DNA of 64,000 nucleotides from an uncultured bacterium (GTDB lineage Bacteria > Patescibacteriota > Minisyncoccia > UBA6257 > 2-01-FULL-56-20): NCBI GenBank assembly GCA_963768625.1, contig CAVYIK010000003.1:129274-193273 (forward strand). The letters are read 5' to 3'. The notes under the pieces are model-generated. The model was given only the letters and a program-made list of their open reading frames with translations. It was not told the DNA's origin and made no database searches. A program made the position numbers and the translations under genes. Position 1 is the first letter of the stretch. Every line of letters starts with the position of its first letter. Shown here piece by piece: positions 1-7,723 of this stretch.

Positions 1-62
1 GATCAAGCAAAAGAACAAGAGAAGGATGATGACCTTGGGGATGGTCGCGAACCGCAGCATGT

Positions 63-827
63 TCAGATTTCTTTTTTATCGAAGATCCAGATCGCTGCAC
101 CAAGAAGAAAAACAATGTAAGCCACGGCATACGCGACTGCGAGCGCAACGGAGAGGGCCGGCGCCGCTACGTTATGGATCGCAAGGTTCCTCACGTCAAA
201 TTTTTCCAGGTTCGGGAAAACGTAATACAAGAACTGCACGAGCGCGTATCTTACGCCGGAAACGCCGATCGATTGCGCATCCGCCAAAAGAGAGCTCACG
301 ATATGTCCAAGAAAGAACACCGCCGAAGTATAGACGATGGAAAGTAATGAACTTGAAAAAGTGGAGACGAAGAGCGCGAACGCGATGAACAGCGCCATTT
401 CAAGGTATTGCATGAAGATGGCAAGAAGGCCCATGCTGTCAAACCCGCCGTGTTCATAGGCGACGAGGCCGAGATATGCGACGCCGAGGATGGCTGTCGT
501 TACGAGGAGCACCATGCAAAGCCCGAAGAACTTCCCGAGCAGGAACTGCGCGCGCGAAACCGGCTTTGAAAGGATGAAATAGACCACTTTGCGGTCAATG
601 TCCTTAAAAAACGACGTGGTGCCGAGAAAGAGCGCGATGATCGCGCTGAAAAAATAGATGCCGGTGAGGCCGAAGCTCTTCACCATCGGCAGTTCCCGGA
701 GCACGAGATCCGCGAGGAAAAGCTCGAAGAGCACGTAGAGCAGGCCGAAAATGATGATGCCGTAGAGGATCTTGTCGCGGATCTCGAGTTTCAGCGTATT
801 CTTTGCGATAGTCCAGATATTGTTCAT
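63..827 (-). CDS. ABC-2 type transporter permease
   Basis: 254-aa ORF with about 6 hydrophobic TM segments. Its start overlaps the stop of the upstream ABC ATPase gene by 4 nt (ATGA coupling). Confidence 0.6.
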   Translation of the reverse strand: MNNIWTIAKNTLKLEIRDKILYGIIIFGLLYVLFELFLADLVLRELPMVKSFGLTGIYFFSAIIALFLGTTSFFKDIDRKVVYFILSKPVSRAQFLLGKFFGLCMVLLVTTAILGVAYLGLVAYEHGGFDSMGLLAIFMQYLEMALFIAFALFVSTFSSSLLSIVYTSAVFFLGHIVSSLLADAQSIGVSGVRYALVQFLYYVFPNLEKFDVRNLAIHNVAAPALSVALAVAYAVAYIVFLLGAAIWIFDKKEI

Positions 828-1543
828 GCGCGCATGTGTGCCTCGTGGGCTGCGACAGTTTCCATGAATCGCTCCTCAAGCGGCTTCCCCTTGCAAAACT
901 CTTTCACCGACCCGGCATAGAGCAGTTTCCCCTCGTGGATCACGCCTACCTGGTCGCAAACCTCTTCCACGTCGTAGAGGATGTGCGTGTTCAAGAATAC
1001 CTTCCTCCCCTCTTTCTTGAGTTCCAACATCACCGCCTTCATTTCGCGGCGGCCGATGGGGTCAAGGCCGTCCAACGGCTCGTCCAAAAACAAATATTCC
1101 GGGTCGTTCACCAAGGCCTGCGCGAAGCCAAGCCGCTGGCGCATGCCCTTGGAGTAGGTCCGCACCTCCGCGTTCCGCGCCTCATAGATGCCTACGCGCT
1201 TAAGGAGCGTTTCATAGTGCTCCGTCCGGTTCCGCCCCTGCGACCCGTCCAGTTCATCGCACAGCCTCATGAACTCCAATCCAGTCATCCGCTCGTAGAA
1301 ATACGGCGTCTCGGGCATATACCCCATCCGGCGCTTTGACGCCTCGTCCGCTGACGGCTTCCCGTCGAGTAAAATGGTTCCCACGCTCGGCGCGAGGAGC
1401 CCCACGACCATTTTCATGATCGTCGTCTTCCCCGCCCCGTTCTGGCCCAAAAAGCCGAATATCGGCACGTTCACGGTGAGCGAAAAATCGTCCACCACGT
1501 TCCGCTTTTTATAGGTCTTCGTCAGATGGGAAAACTGGGTCAT
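824..1543 (-). CDS. ABC transporter ATP-binding protein
   Basis: Walker A GQNGAGKTT and Walker B/D-loop LFLDEPLDGLDP in a 239-aa ORF. Confidence 0.85.
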   Translation of the reverse strand: MTQFSHLTKTYKKRNVVDDFSLTVNVPIFGFLGQNGAGKTTIMKMVVGLLAPSVGTILLDGKPSADEASKRRMGYMPETPYFYERMTGLEFMRLCDELDGSQGRNRTEHYETLLKRVGIYEARNAEVRTYSKGMRQRLGFAQALVNDPEYLFLDEPLDGLDPIGRREMKAVMLELKKEGRKVFLNTHILYDVEEVCDQVGVIHEGKLLYAGSVKEFCKGKPLEERFMETVAAHEAHMRA

Positions 1544-1544
1544 A

Positions 1545-2318
1545 CTAATACTCCGCCGGCACGCTCTCGAACTTTGTCTTCGTAACGATCACGTGGTCGA
1601 GCACGCTGATACCGATTATCTTCCCCGCTTCCACGATTTGCCGCGTAATCGCAATGTCCGCCTCGGAGGGTTTCGCGACGCCCGACGGATGATTGTGCGC
1701 AAGGATCAGGGCTGAAGCGGAATATTCGATAGCCGGCCTGAAGACCTCGCGCGGATGGATAATGTTTGAAGTGAGGCTCCCAATGGAGATCACTTCATCG
1801 TGGATCAATTGATAATGGCTATCGAGATAAAGCCCGCGCAGGTGCTCTTTGGGAAGGTCGCGCATGTCCTTCAAATATTCGTACACCTGCCTTGCGGTGC
1901 GGACGGTAAGCGGCCGCTTTCCGTCCGCCGTTTTGAAAAACCTTCGGCCAAGCTCAAAACACGCAACAACTTGGCACGCCTTCGTAATCGGGATGCCGAG
2001 CGATTCCTTCATTTTCTGGGGGTCCTTCTGGTTCACGATGGCACTGTCACCATATTCCTTGAGGAGCCGGCGAGACATGGCAAGCACCCCCTCCCGCTTT
2101 GTGCCGGCATTTAAAACGATGGTCAAGAGCTCCGTGACGGAGAGCGCCGCGGGGCCATATTTCATCAGTTTCTCGCGAGGTTTTTCTTCCGTTGGCAGAT
2201 CGCGAAGGCGGAGGACGTAATGCTTTTCCCCGTCCAAAACCAAGTCCTCATTCTTCTGAAGATATAGCTGATCCCTGAACGCAGTCACGGTGGCCATGTT
2301 CTTTTGCTTTGGTTTCAT
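1545..2318 (-). CDS. radC: RadC-like JAB/MPN domain protein
   Basis: C-terminal LAHNHPSG JAMM-type motif in a 257-aa ORF. Confidence 0.7.
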   Translation of the reverse strand: MKPKQKNMATVTAFRDQLYLQKNEDLVLDGEKHYVLRLRDLPTEEKPREKLMKYGPAALSVTELLTIVLNAGTKREGVLAMSRRLLKEYGDSAIVNQKDPQKMKESLGIPITKACQVVACFELGRRFFKTADGKRPLTVRTARQVYEYLKDMRDLPKEHLRGLYLDSHYQLIHDEVISIGSLTSNIIHPREVFRPAIEYSASALILAHNHPSGVAKPSEADIAITRQIVEAGKIIGISVLDHVIVTKTKFESVPAEY

Positions 2319-2330
2319 TATAACAAATAA

Positions 2331-4402
2331 TTATGCTTTAGGAGCATCCTGCGAACCCAGCGGCAAGGAAACGGTAAATTTGCTCCCCTTCCCAATGGCG
2401 CTCTCGACCATGATGGTGCCGCCGTGCATCTCCGCGATCTTCTTGCAGATATCAAGGCCAAGGCCCGTACCAGAGGAGCGATCGCCGCTGATCCGGTAAA
2501 AACGCTCAAAGATATGCACCGCATCTTCGGGCGCGATACCCGATCCAGTATCTTCCACAACAATCTCTGCCCGCTCTCCCTCCTTCTTTCCCGAAAGAGT
2601 GATCTTCCCTTCGCGCGGCGTGTGCTTCAGCGCATTGCTTACCAGATTCAAGATCACCGCTTTCAATTTTTCCCTATCGGCAAGCACGGGGAAATTGCCG
2701 CTCGAATAAGAAAGTGTTATACCGGCATTCTCCGCAAGTATTGAACAGTCGTTATAGACCTCCTCCAGCAGATTCTCCACCAAAATCTCCTGTTTGTGAA
2801 GCTTTTCTTTAGAAAAATTTAATCTCGCGATGGCGAGGAGGTGATCCACCATCTGCGCCATGTGCCCAAGCGTTGTCGAAGCGACCGCGAGCGCCGTTTT
2901 CCGGTTCCCTTTGCGCTTCCCCTCCAGGATGTCCATATTGGCCTTGAGCACCACTACGGGCGTTTTGAGCTCGTGCGAAATGTCGGTGACAAATTTCGAC
3001 TGTGCCTCTTGCATGTTCTGGAGCTCCGCCGTCCGCTCGCGCACCCGCCCCTCTAACGTCTCGCCGTGGCGCTGGGCTGCTTCATACAACCGTGCGTTCT
3101 CGATGGCCATGCCAGCCTGGTGTGTGAGCACTGATAATAGTTCGATATCCTTGAGCCGGAAAATATCACCGGAGAGTTTTTTCCCCAAAAGCATAGTGGC
3201 GGTCGAACCCTCACGCGCGAACAAGGGAAGGATGGCCGCGATCCCCGTCTCCGCGTCCGGATTCTCTCCCTGCTCCTGGAAAAAGACCGTTCCGCGCGTC
3301 CCTACCGCAAGAGCCATTATCGCCTCTTCGTATTTCATTCCCCCCGCCGGCACCCGCGGACCGTGGAAGAAGGAGCGCATGAGGCGCCTTCCGGTCGCAT
3401 CGTGGATCACGAAAACGGTGCGCTCGGGCTTCACGGTCCGCGCAAGAAAACCGTCGATCGTCCGCAGCAATGTTTCGAGATCGATGCTTGAGTGGAGTAA
3501 CGGTCCCAGTTCATGCACCGCCATATCATATTGATAGCTTTTCCGGAAAAAAATCGGGTCGGTGATCCGCTCGAAAAACGACGTAGCCATACAAAACCGA
3601 ATGCACCGATGATCGCCGCGGCAACATCGTCGCCCCAGCCCTCTATTTGTGTAAATCGGCGGACAATTAGGTCGATGCCGAAAAAAATGCACGCGACAGC
3701 GCCTATCAAGAAAGCGTATACAACGCTGCGCTGAATAACGACGGCAATATCCAAAAACTGATGCCGCACGATGGCATACGCTGCCATACCTATGAATATA
3801 ACTGAGAACAATGGCCCAAAGAGATTGAACGAAAAAATGTGGCATGCCGGCAGGATGACGTTCGTGATAAATGCAAAGAAGAGGAATATGCCTGCGCCGA
3901 CGGTAAGGTATCGTATCTGCACGCGCCGAATGCCTTGCATGCGACGATACTTCAAAAAAAGTTTTCCGATACCCCAGAGGATATAGGCGCCCATAACGGC
4001 TCCGAAAAGAAGGATGAGCGGGCCGTAGCTTGCTTCGAGATGGCCAGCGCTGAGCCGTGCGGTGCGGACCACGAGATCCGTGGGGGTAAGAAGAAAAATA
4101 GCAAGCCACGGCACAAGGCAGAATAAACAGGATCTCTCCGGGGCGTTTCCATCAGGGAAGACTTCTGCGAGAAGTACGAATCCCAGAACCATGATCTCTG
4201 CGCCTAAAAATGGAAGCGTGGTGAGCCACGCTTGTCCCGTAGAAGATAAGAACAAGATGCTCGCGCTCCAACTTACGATCCCAAATACAAATAGGAAAAA
4301 GGAGCGGTGCACTATGCCGCGCGGATTTTTGAAAAGCACGTAGCCTCCTATCGCAAGGTTTAAAACGTCTATAACGAGATGGGCGATAAGCGTAAGGAGC
4401 AT
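2331..4402 (-). CDS. sensor histidine kinase (7TM sensor-GAF-HisKA-HATPase), split by one frameshift near 3575-3600 in this assembly
   Basis: ORF 3431..4402 encodes a multi-TM N-terminal domain. ORF 2331..4109 encodes a GAF-like region, the H-box ISHELKTP and the G2 box GTGLGLDICK. The two overlap out of frame at an A5/T5 run, and both have nonsense N- or C-terminal tails in the wrong frame. Confidence 0.7.
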
Positions 4403-4484
4403 TACCTACAAAATACCAGATTTGGTTCGGGAGATGGCTCCGGCCGACACGCACCGCCGGAGCCACCGTCCGCAAAGACATTCA

Positions 4485-5066
4485 TTAAAACGGTTTAAGG
4501 GTAATCATGCCTTCCGTTATGAGCTTCATGATCTTCTCGCGTAACGCTTGTTCTGCATTGGTAAGCCCCATTGCACGCGGCAGAGGGCGGGGTGATAAAA
4601 GATAATAAGGGAGCACGCCGGCCGGGATATTCCTCAAAATCGGTTCTCCGGAAAGCGTAGTGACCCTGATGCCCATTTGGGCAAACCGGCGGGCTACCTG
4701 CGGCTTCACCTCTCCGATCCCCCATTCGCGCCGTTTCCCAAGCGCGTGGAGGATCGCGGTATATACGAGCGCTTCGGAGAGATCCTGAACCTTCACTGCC
4801 CATCGTCCGAGCTCTACGATCTTTGTTCGTTCGAAAACCCCGGGAAATGTCTTATAGTCCAGCGCGTAGGTCTTTTCAAGAGAAAAAGCCTCGCCACTGC
4901 TCAGCGAAAGCCCTATCGCTCCGACGAGATCACCTCTGTCCCAGGCGGCGAAGACGATTCCCGGCAAAGCATATGCATCACTGCCATACCGTTCATGCAT
5001 CGTCCGCTGGACAAAAATGGCCACGCTGCTTCTTTCGCTTTCTTCCATACGACGAATCATTATCAT
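4485..5066 (-). CDS. hypothetical protein, possibly an acyl-CoA N-acyltransferase fold (LuxI / N-acyl amino acid synthase / T_hemolysin-like)
   Basis: 193-aa ORF with a VELGRWAV motif resembling the E-x-S-R-x-A-V motif of LuxI-type acyltransferases. Weak evidence. Confidence 0.3.
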   Translation of the reverse strand: MIMIRRMEESERSSVAIFVQRTMHERYGSDAYALPGIVFAAWDRGDLVGAIGLSLSSGEAFSLEKTYALDYKTFPGVFERTKIVELGRWAVKVQDLSEALVYTAILHALGKRREWGIGEVKPQVARRFAQMGIRVTTLSGEPILRNIPAGVLPYYLLSPRPLPRAMGLTNAEQALREKIMKLITEGMITLKPF

Positions 5067-5194
5067 GGTATCACCTTTTTTCCTTTTCCGACCCTTGCTC
5101 CTTTTTTACGATATTAAGGGCCAAAGGTACTCCCCCGAGCATGGCACGACACCCATTAAAATTCTGCCAAATAAAGATTAAATTTTCATTAAAA

Positions 5195-5216
5195 AGCCGC
5201 AGGGGGCGGTTTTATG
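5195..5216. terminator. GC hairpin GCCGC-AGGG-GGCGG flanked by A-run and T-run (bidirectional intrinsic terminator)
   Basis: Hairpin followed by TTTTAT on plus and by TTTTTAAT on minus, directly downstream of minus-strand gene 5244..5813. Confidence 0.5.
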
Positions 5217-5243
5217 CGGACGCCACGCGGATCTTCGACGCGC

Positions 5244-5813
5244 TTATGCCACCGGCGGCACTGGCACGGGAACTGATACCGGCGGATGCTCTTTGTCCAA
5301 GTTAAGATTTGCGAACGCCAGGAGGAGCGCGGGCACCATGAGGTCTTTTCTCGTGAGCGTCCCGCCGGAGAAATATACTACCGGATCATCTTCCCCGGCC
5401 AGGTTCTGGGTCAATGAATCCATTTTAATGTTGCTGCCCTGCACCTCTTTCATCATCCAGATCGGCACCCTGATGCCGGGCGTAAAACTTTCGGCGTGCC
5501 TGCCGTCCCTGGTTTGGACAGAAACGCCGATCACGTAGTACCACTCGTCCGCGTTATAGATAAAGCTCAGTGCGTTCTCGATACCAATCCCAACATCGAT
5601 ATTGTCGTGACTGACCGCTTCCGCTGCGCAAGCCCGCGCTCTCTTGAAGAGCTCCTCAAATCCGAAGATCTGCGAAGGCAATGACGGGCGAAAGGAGTTG
5701 TTAAGGACCATCTCCGCTTCAATGCCAAGCTTTTTGACGGCTTCTTCTACGGCCGCCTGTTTCAATTCGAAATAATGCTTTGAAGTATAGAAGCCAATGG
5801 TCATCTCTGTCAT
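5244..5813 (-). CDS. non-canonical purine NTP phosphatase, DUF84/YjjX-like (inosine/xanthosine triphosphatase family)
   Basis: 189-aa ORF whose motif layout resembles YjjX: GIENA...VIGVS...G.FT.G.LTR. Confidence 0.45.
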   Translation of the reverse strand: MTEMTIGFYTSKHYFELKQAAVEEAVKKLGIEAEMVLNNSFRPSLPSQIFGFEELFKRARACAAEAVSHDNIDVGIGIENALSFIYNADEWYYVIGVSVQTRDGRHAESFTPGIRVPIWMMKEVQGSNIKMDSLTQNLAGEDDPVVYFSGGTLTRKDLMVPALLLAFANLNLDKEHPPVSVPVPVPPVA

Positions 5814-5849
5814 TATATCATTCTTGCCTTATAATGATGATTAAGACAT

Positions 5850-6245
5850 ATGGCTGACGATATCAATAAAATCCCCCGACCGCTCAACATCCTTGTGGTT
5901 GATGACGAAAGAATGTTCAGGGATGTGGTGGCGTCCCGTCTTGATAGGGCAGGATTCCGCGTAGAAACCGCGCAAGACGGCGCAACGGCCCTCGCGAAAC
6001 TGCAGCAAAAAAAGTTCGACCTTGTGGTGCTCGACATCGTCATGCCCGGCCTGAGCGGATTCGATGTCCTGCGGGAAGTAAGAGATAAAGACATCGAGAC
6101 GAAGATCATCATGCTCTCCATCTTGCGGCAAGAAGAGGACGTGCGCCGCGCGAAAGAACTGGGGGCGAGCGAATGCTTCGGGAAGCTATCCCCCGCCTTC
6201 ATGGACGACGTGGCGAAATACGCGGAACAACTGAGCCTTCAATAA
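5850..6245 (+). CDS. response regulator, stand-alone receiver (CheY-like) domain
   Basis: ILVVDDE...DLVVLDIVMPGLSGFDVLREVR and a conserved K region in a 131-aa ORF. Confidence 0.8.
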   Translation: MADDINKIPRPLNILVVDDERMFRDVVASRLDRAGFRVETAQDGATALAKLQQKKFDLVVLDIVMPGLSGFDVLREVRDKDIETKIIMLSILRQEEDVRRAKELGASECFGKLSPAFMDDVAKYAEQLSLQ

Positions 6246-6247
6246 TG

Positions 6248-6317
6248 CGGGGGCACTAGGAATCGAACCCAGGTTAGCGGTTTTGGAGACCGCCGTCCTA
6301 CCACTGAACGATGCCCC
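6248..6317 (-). tRNA. tRNA-Trp (anticodon CCA)
   Basis: Cloverleaf read directly. Acceptor GGGGGCA/TGCCCCC; D-stem GTTC/GGAC; anticodon stem GCGGT/ACCGC; anticodon loop CTCCAAA; T-loop TTCGATT. Confidence 0.85.
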
Positions 6318-6340
6318 CTCGCTACTATTGTAGCGCAATT

Positions 6341-6520
6341 TTACTTCCCCGTGATCCTCCCCTCTTTGTGGAGCGTTGCCTTGCGGCACCAATTACAAAA
6401 CTTCTTGAATTCGATCTTGCGCTCCACCGTCTTCTTGTTTTTGGTGGTGTAATAATTACGCCGTTTGCAAACGGAACAGCGGAGGGTGATCAATTTGTCC
6501 GCGCGCTTTACTTTCGCCAT
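6341..6520 (-). CDS. rpmG: 50S ribosomal protein L33
   Basis: MAKVKRADKLITLRCSVCKRRNYYTTKNKK...CNWCRKATLHKE, a 4-Cys zinc ribbon typical of L33. Start taken at the internal Met. Confidence 0.85.
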   Translation of the reverse strand: MAKVKRADKLITLRCSVCKRRNYYTTKNKKTVERKIEFKKFCNWCRKATLHKEGRITGK

Positions 6521-6570
6521 ACGGGAAATACTACCCCAGATTCCCAGAAAGTGCAACTGTCGGACCCTTG

Positions 6571-6838
6571 AGCCGATGGCCGGATTTGAACCGGCGACCT
6601 ACTCCTTCATGTGCACCTCAACTTCGCAACGCTTATATGAGGATTAGACTGTATCTTGCGCATACCGCTCGCGCGGCGCAGCGTCCCTTGTCAGTCGTTC
6701 GGGCGAAATCGTTCGCCACGGTCTTAGCCCCTGCGGGCCTTTAACCGTAATTCGGGATTCGCGGACAGGTTTCCCCGCCCGCGGGCATGGCCTTTCCGGC
6801 CCACCATGGAGTTGCTCTACCAGCTGAGCTACATCGGC
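6571..6838 (-). tRNA. tRNA-Thr (anticodon GGU) interrupted by a group I intron after U36
   Basis: 5' exon 6803..6838: GCCGATG-TA-GCTC-AGCTGGTA-GAGC-A-ACTCC-AUGGU. 3' exon 6571..6607: AA-GGAGT-AGGTC-GCCGG-TTCAAAT-CCGGC-CATCGGC-T. Acceptor, D, anticodon and T stems all pair. The mature loop AUGGUAA gives anticodon GGU. Confidence 0.7.
6608..6802 (-). ncRNA. group I intron (about 195 nt) in the anticodon loop of tRNA-Thr
   Basis: P1 pairs exon CAUGGU with intron GCCAUG, with a U.G wobble at the 5' splice site. The intron ends in G. The J8/7-like motif AAGAUACAGUC is present. P7 candidate is GGCUAAGAC/GUCUAAUCC with an internal A mismatch. A GAAA-capped P2 is present. Confidence 0.65.
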
Positions 6839-6886
6839 ACTGACCCTAATATACCCCAAACCTGTAGCTTCTTCAAATTTCTCTTG

Positions 6887-6957
6887 AGCCGGAGAGAGGA
6901 GTCGAACCTCCGTCATCGCTTTACAAAAGCGTTGCTCTGCCGTTGAGCTACTCCGGC
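6887..6957 (-). tRNA. tRNA-Thr (anticodon UGU)
   Basis: Acceptor GCCGGAG/CTCCGGC; D-stem GCTC/GAGC; anticodon loop TTTGTAA; T-loop TTCGACT. Confidence 0.8.
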
Positions 6958-7580
6958 GTTATTCCCAGAAAACTATCCTTGTATTCATCTATCCATCCGA
7001 GTATTAATTTCAATAATTTTTTATCAGCATACTTTAGGCCAATAGTTCCATATTGGGACTTATTTTTATATGTGCCCTGCTTACCTATATGGACATAACT
7101 AGGATAAAAATTTTCCCTACCAATCTTTGTTGTTTTTGCCCAAAATTCTTCAAGAAAGTCCTTGTCCTGATCGGGGTACATGTGGATCATAAGTTTAATC
7201 CTTTTTTCATCAATCCCGCAAATTCCTCTCAGAAATAACAGGAATAATCTTATCATCTCGGGGTTGCTATTCGAAAATCCCACAGAACCACCAGTCTTGG
7301 ATCCCTCGCCCCAATATAGCATTATCCCGGCGATTTTCAAATCGCTATCCCGAGGCGATAAATCCTGTTTTAATAGAAATGGTTGTTTTTTAAATTTAGT
7401 AACATTAAGGCTCGTAATTGCCTCACTGATGGAACGCTTAACGATTTTATTTTTCTCCAAAATACACCTCACCTTCCAAAATGGAATTCCAATGTTTTGA
7501 CTAATTTGAGCTACGGAAAGTCTATCTTCGAGATACATTTTAATAATCGTTCTATCTCCGATAGTTTTCATATACTTCAT
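6948..7580 (-). CDS. hypothetical HTH-containing protein in an AT-rich island (possibly homing-endonuclease-like)
   Basis: 210-aa Lys-rich ORF in a markedly AT-rich stretch (6958..7700). N-terminal HTH LSVAQISQNIGIPFWKV. Its 3' end overlaps the 5' end of tRNA-Thr(UGU) by 10 nt. Confidence 0.4.
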   Translation of the reverse strand: MKYMKTIGDRTIIKMYLEDRLSVAQISQNIGIPFWKVRCILEKNKIVKRSISEAITSLNVTKFKKQPFLLKQDLSPRDSDLKIAGIMLYWGEGSKTGGSVGFSNSNPEMIRLFLLFLRGICGIDEKRIKLMIHMYPDQDKDFLEEFWAKTTKIGRENFYPSYVHIGKQGTYKNKSQYGTIGLKYADKKLLKLILGWIDEYKDSFLGITPE

Positions 7581-7723
7581 ATACCATATTGATGATTAAA
7601 AAATGATTAAATGGAGGCGAGGTTGTTAGTTTTTCCCTTTTTTAGTAACATTCAGTAGATAGTGCGGTTAATTAATATTTAATGTTCCGCATCCTCGCTT
7701 GCGAGGGCTAACGCACGAACACT

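Noticed and set aside
2331-4109. First ~175 residues of ORF 2331..4109 (MACYFSSYPHGSRGPHRTAQRW...)
   Set aside because: This is the out-of-frame translation of the 7TM sensor domain encoded by ORF 3431..4402. It is not a separate domain.
6571-6838. Alternative reading of the split tRNA as tRNA-His(GUG) or tRNA-Pro
   Set aside because: Other exon partitions break the U-before and G-last group I splice rule and the P1 pairing. There is no G-1/C73 His feature. Only AUGGU|AA fits.
6644-6916. 90-aa minus-strand ORF (MTEVRLLSPAQEKFEEATGLGYIRVSADVAQLVEQ...)
   Set aside because: It lies entirely over the intron-containing tRNA-Thr. Its translation carries the stereotyped tRNA-derived ADVAQLVEQ peptide. 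It is spurious.
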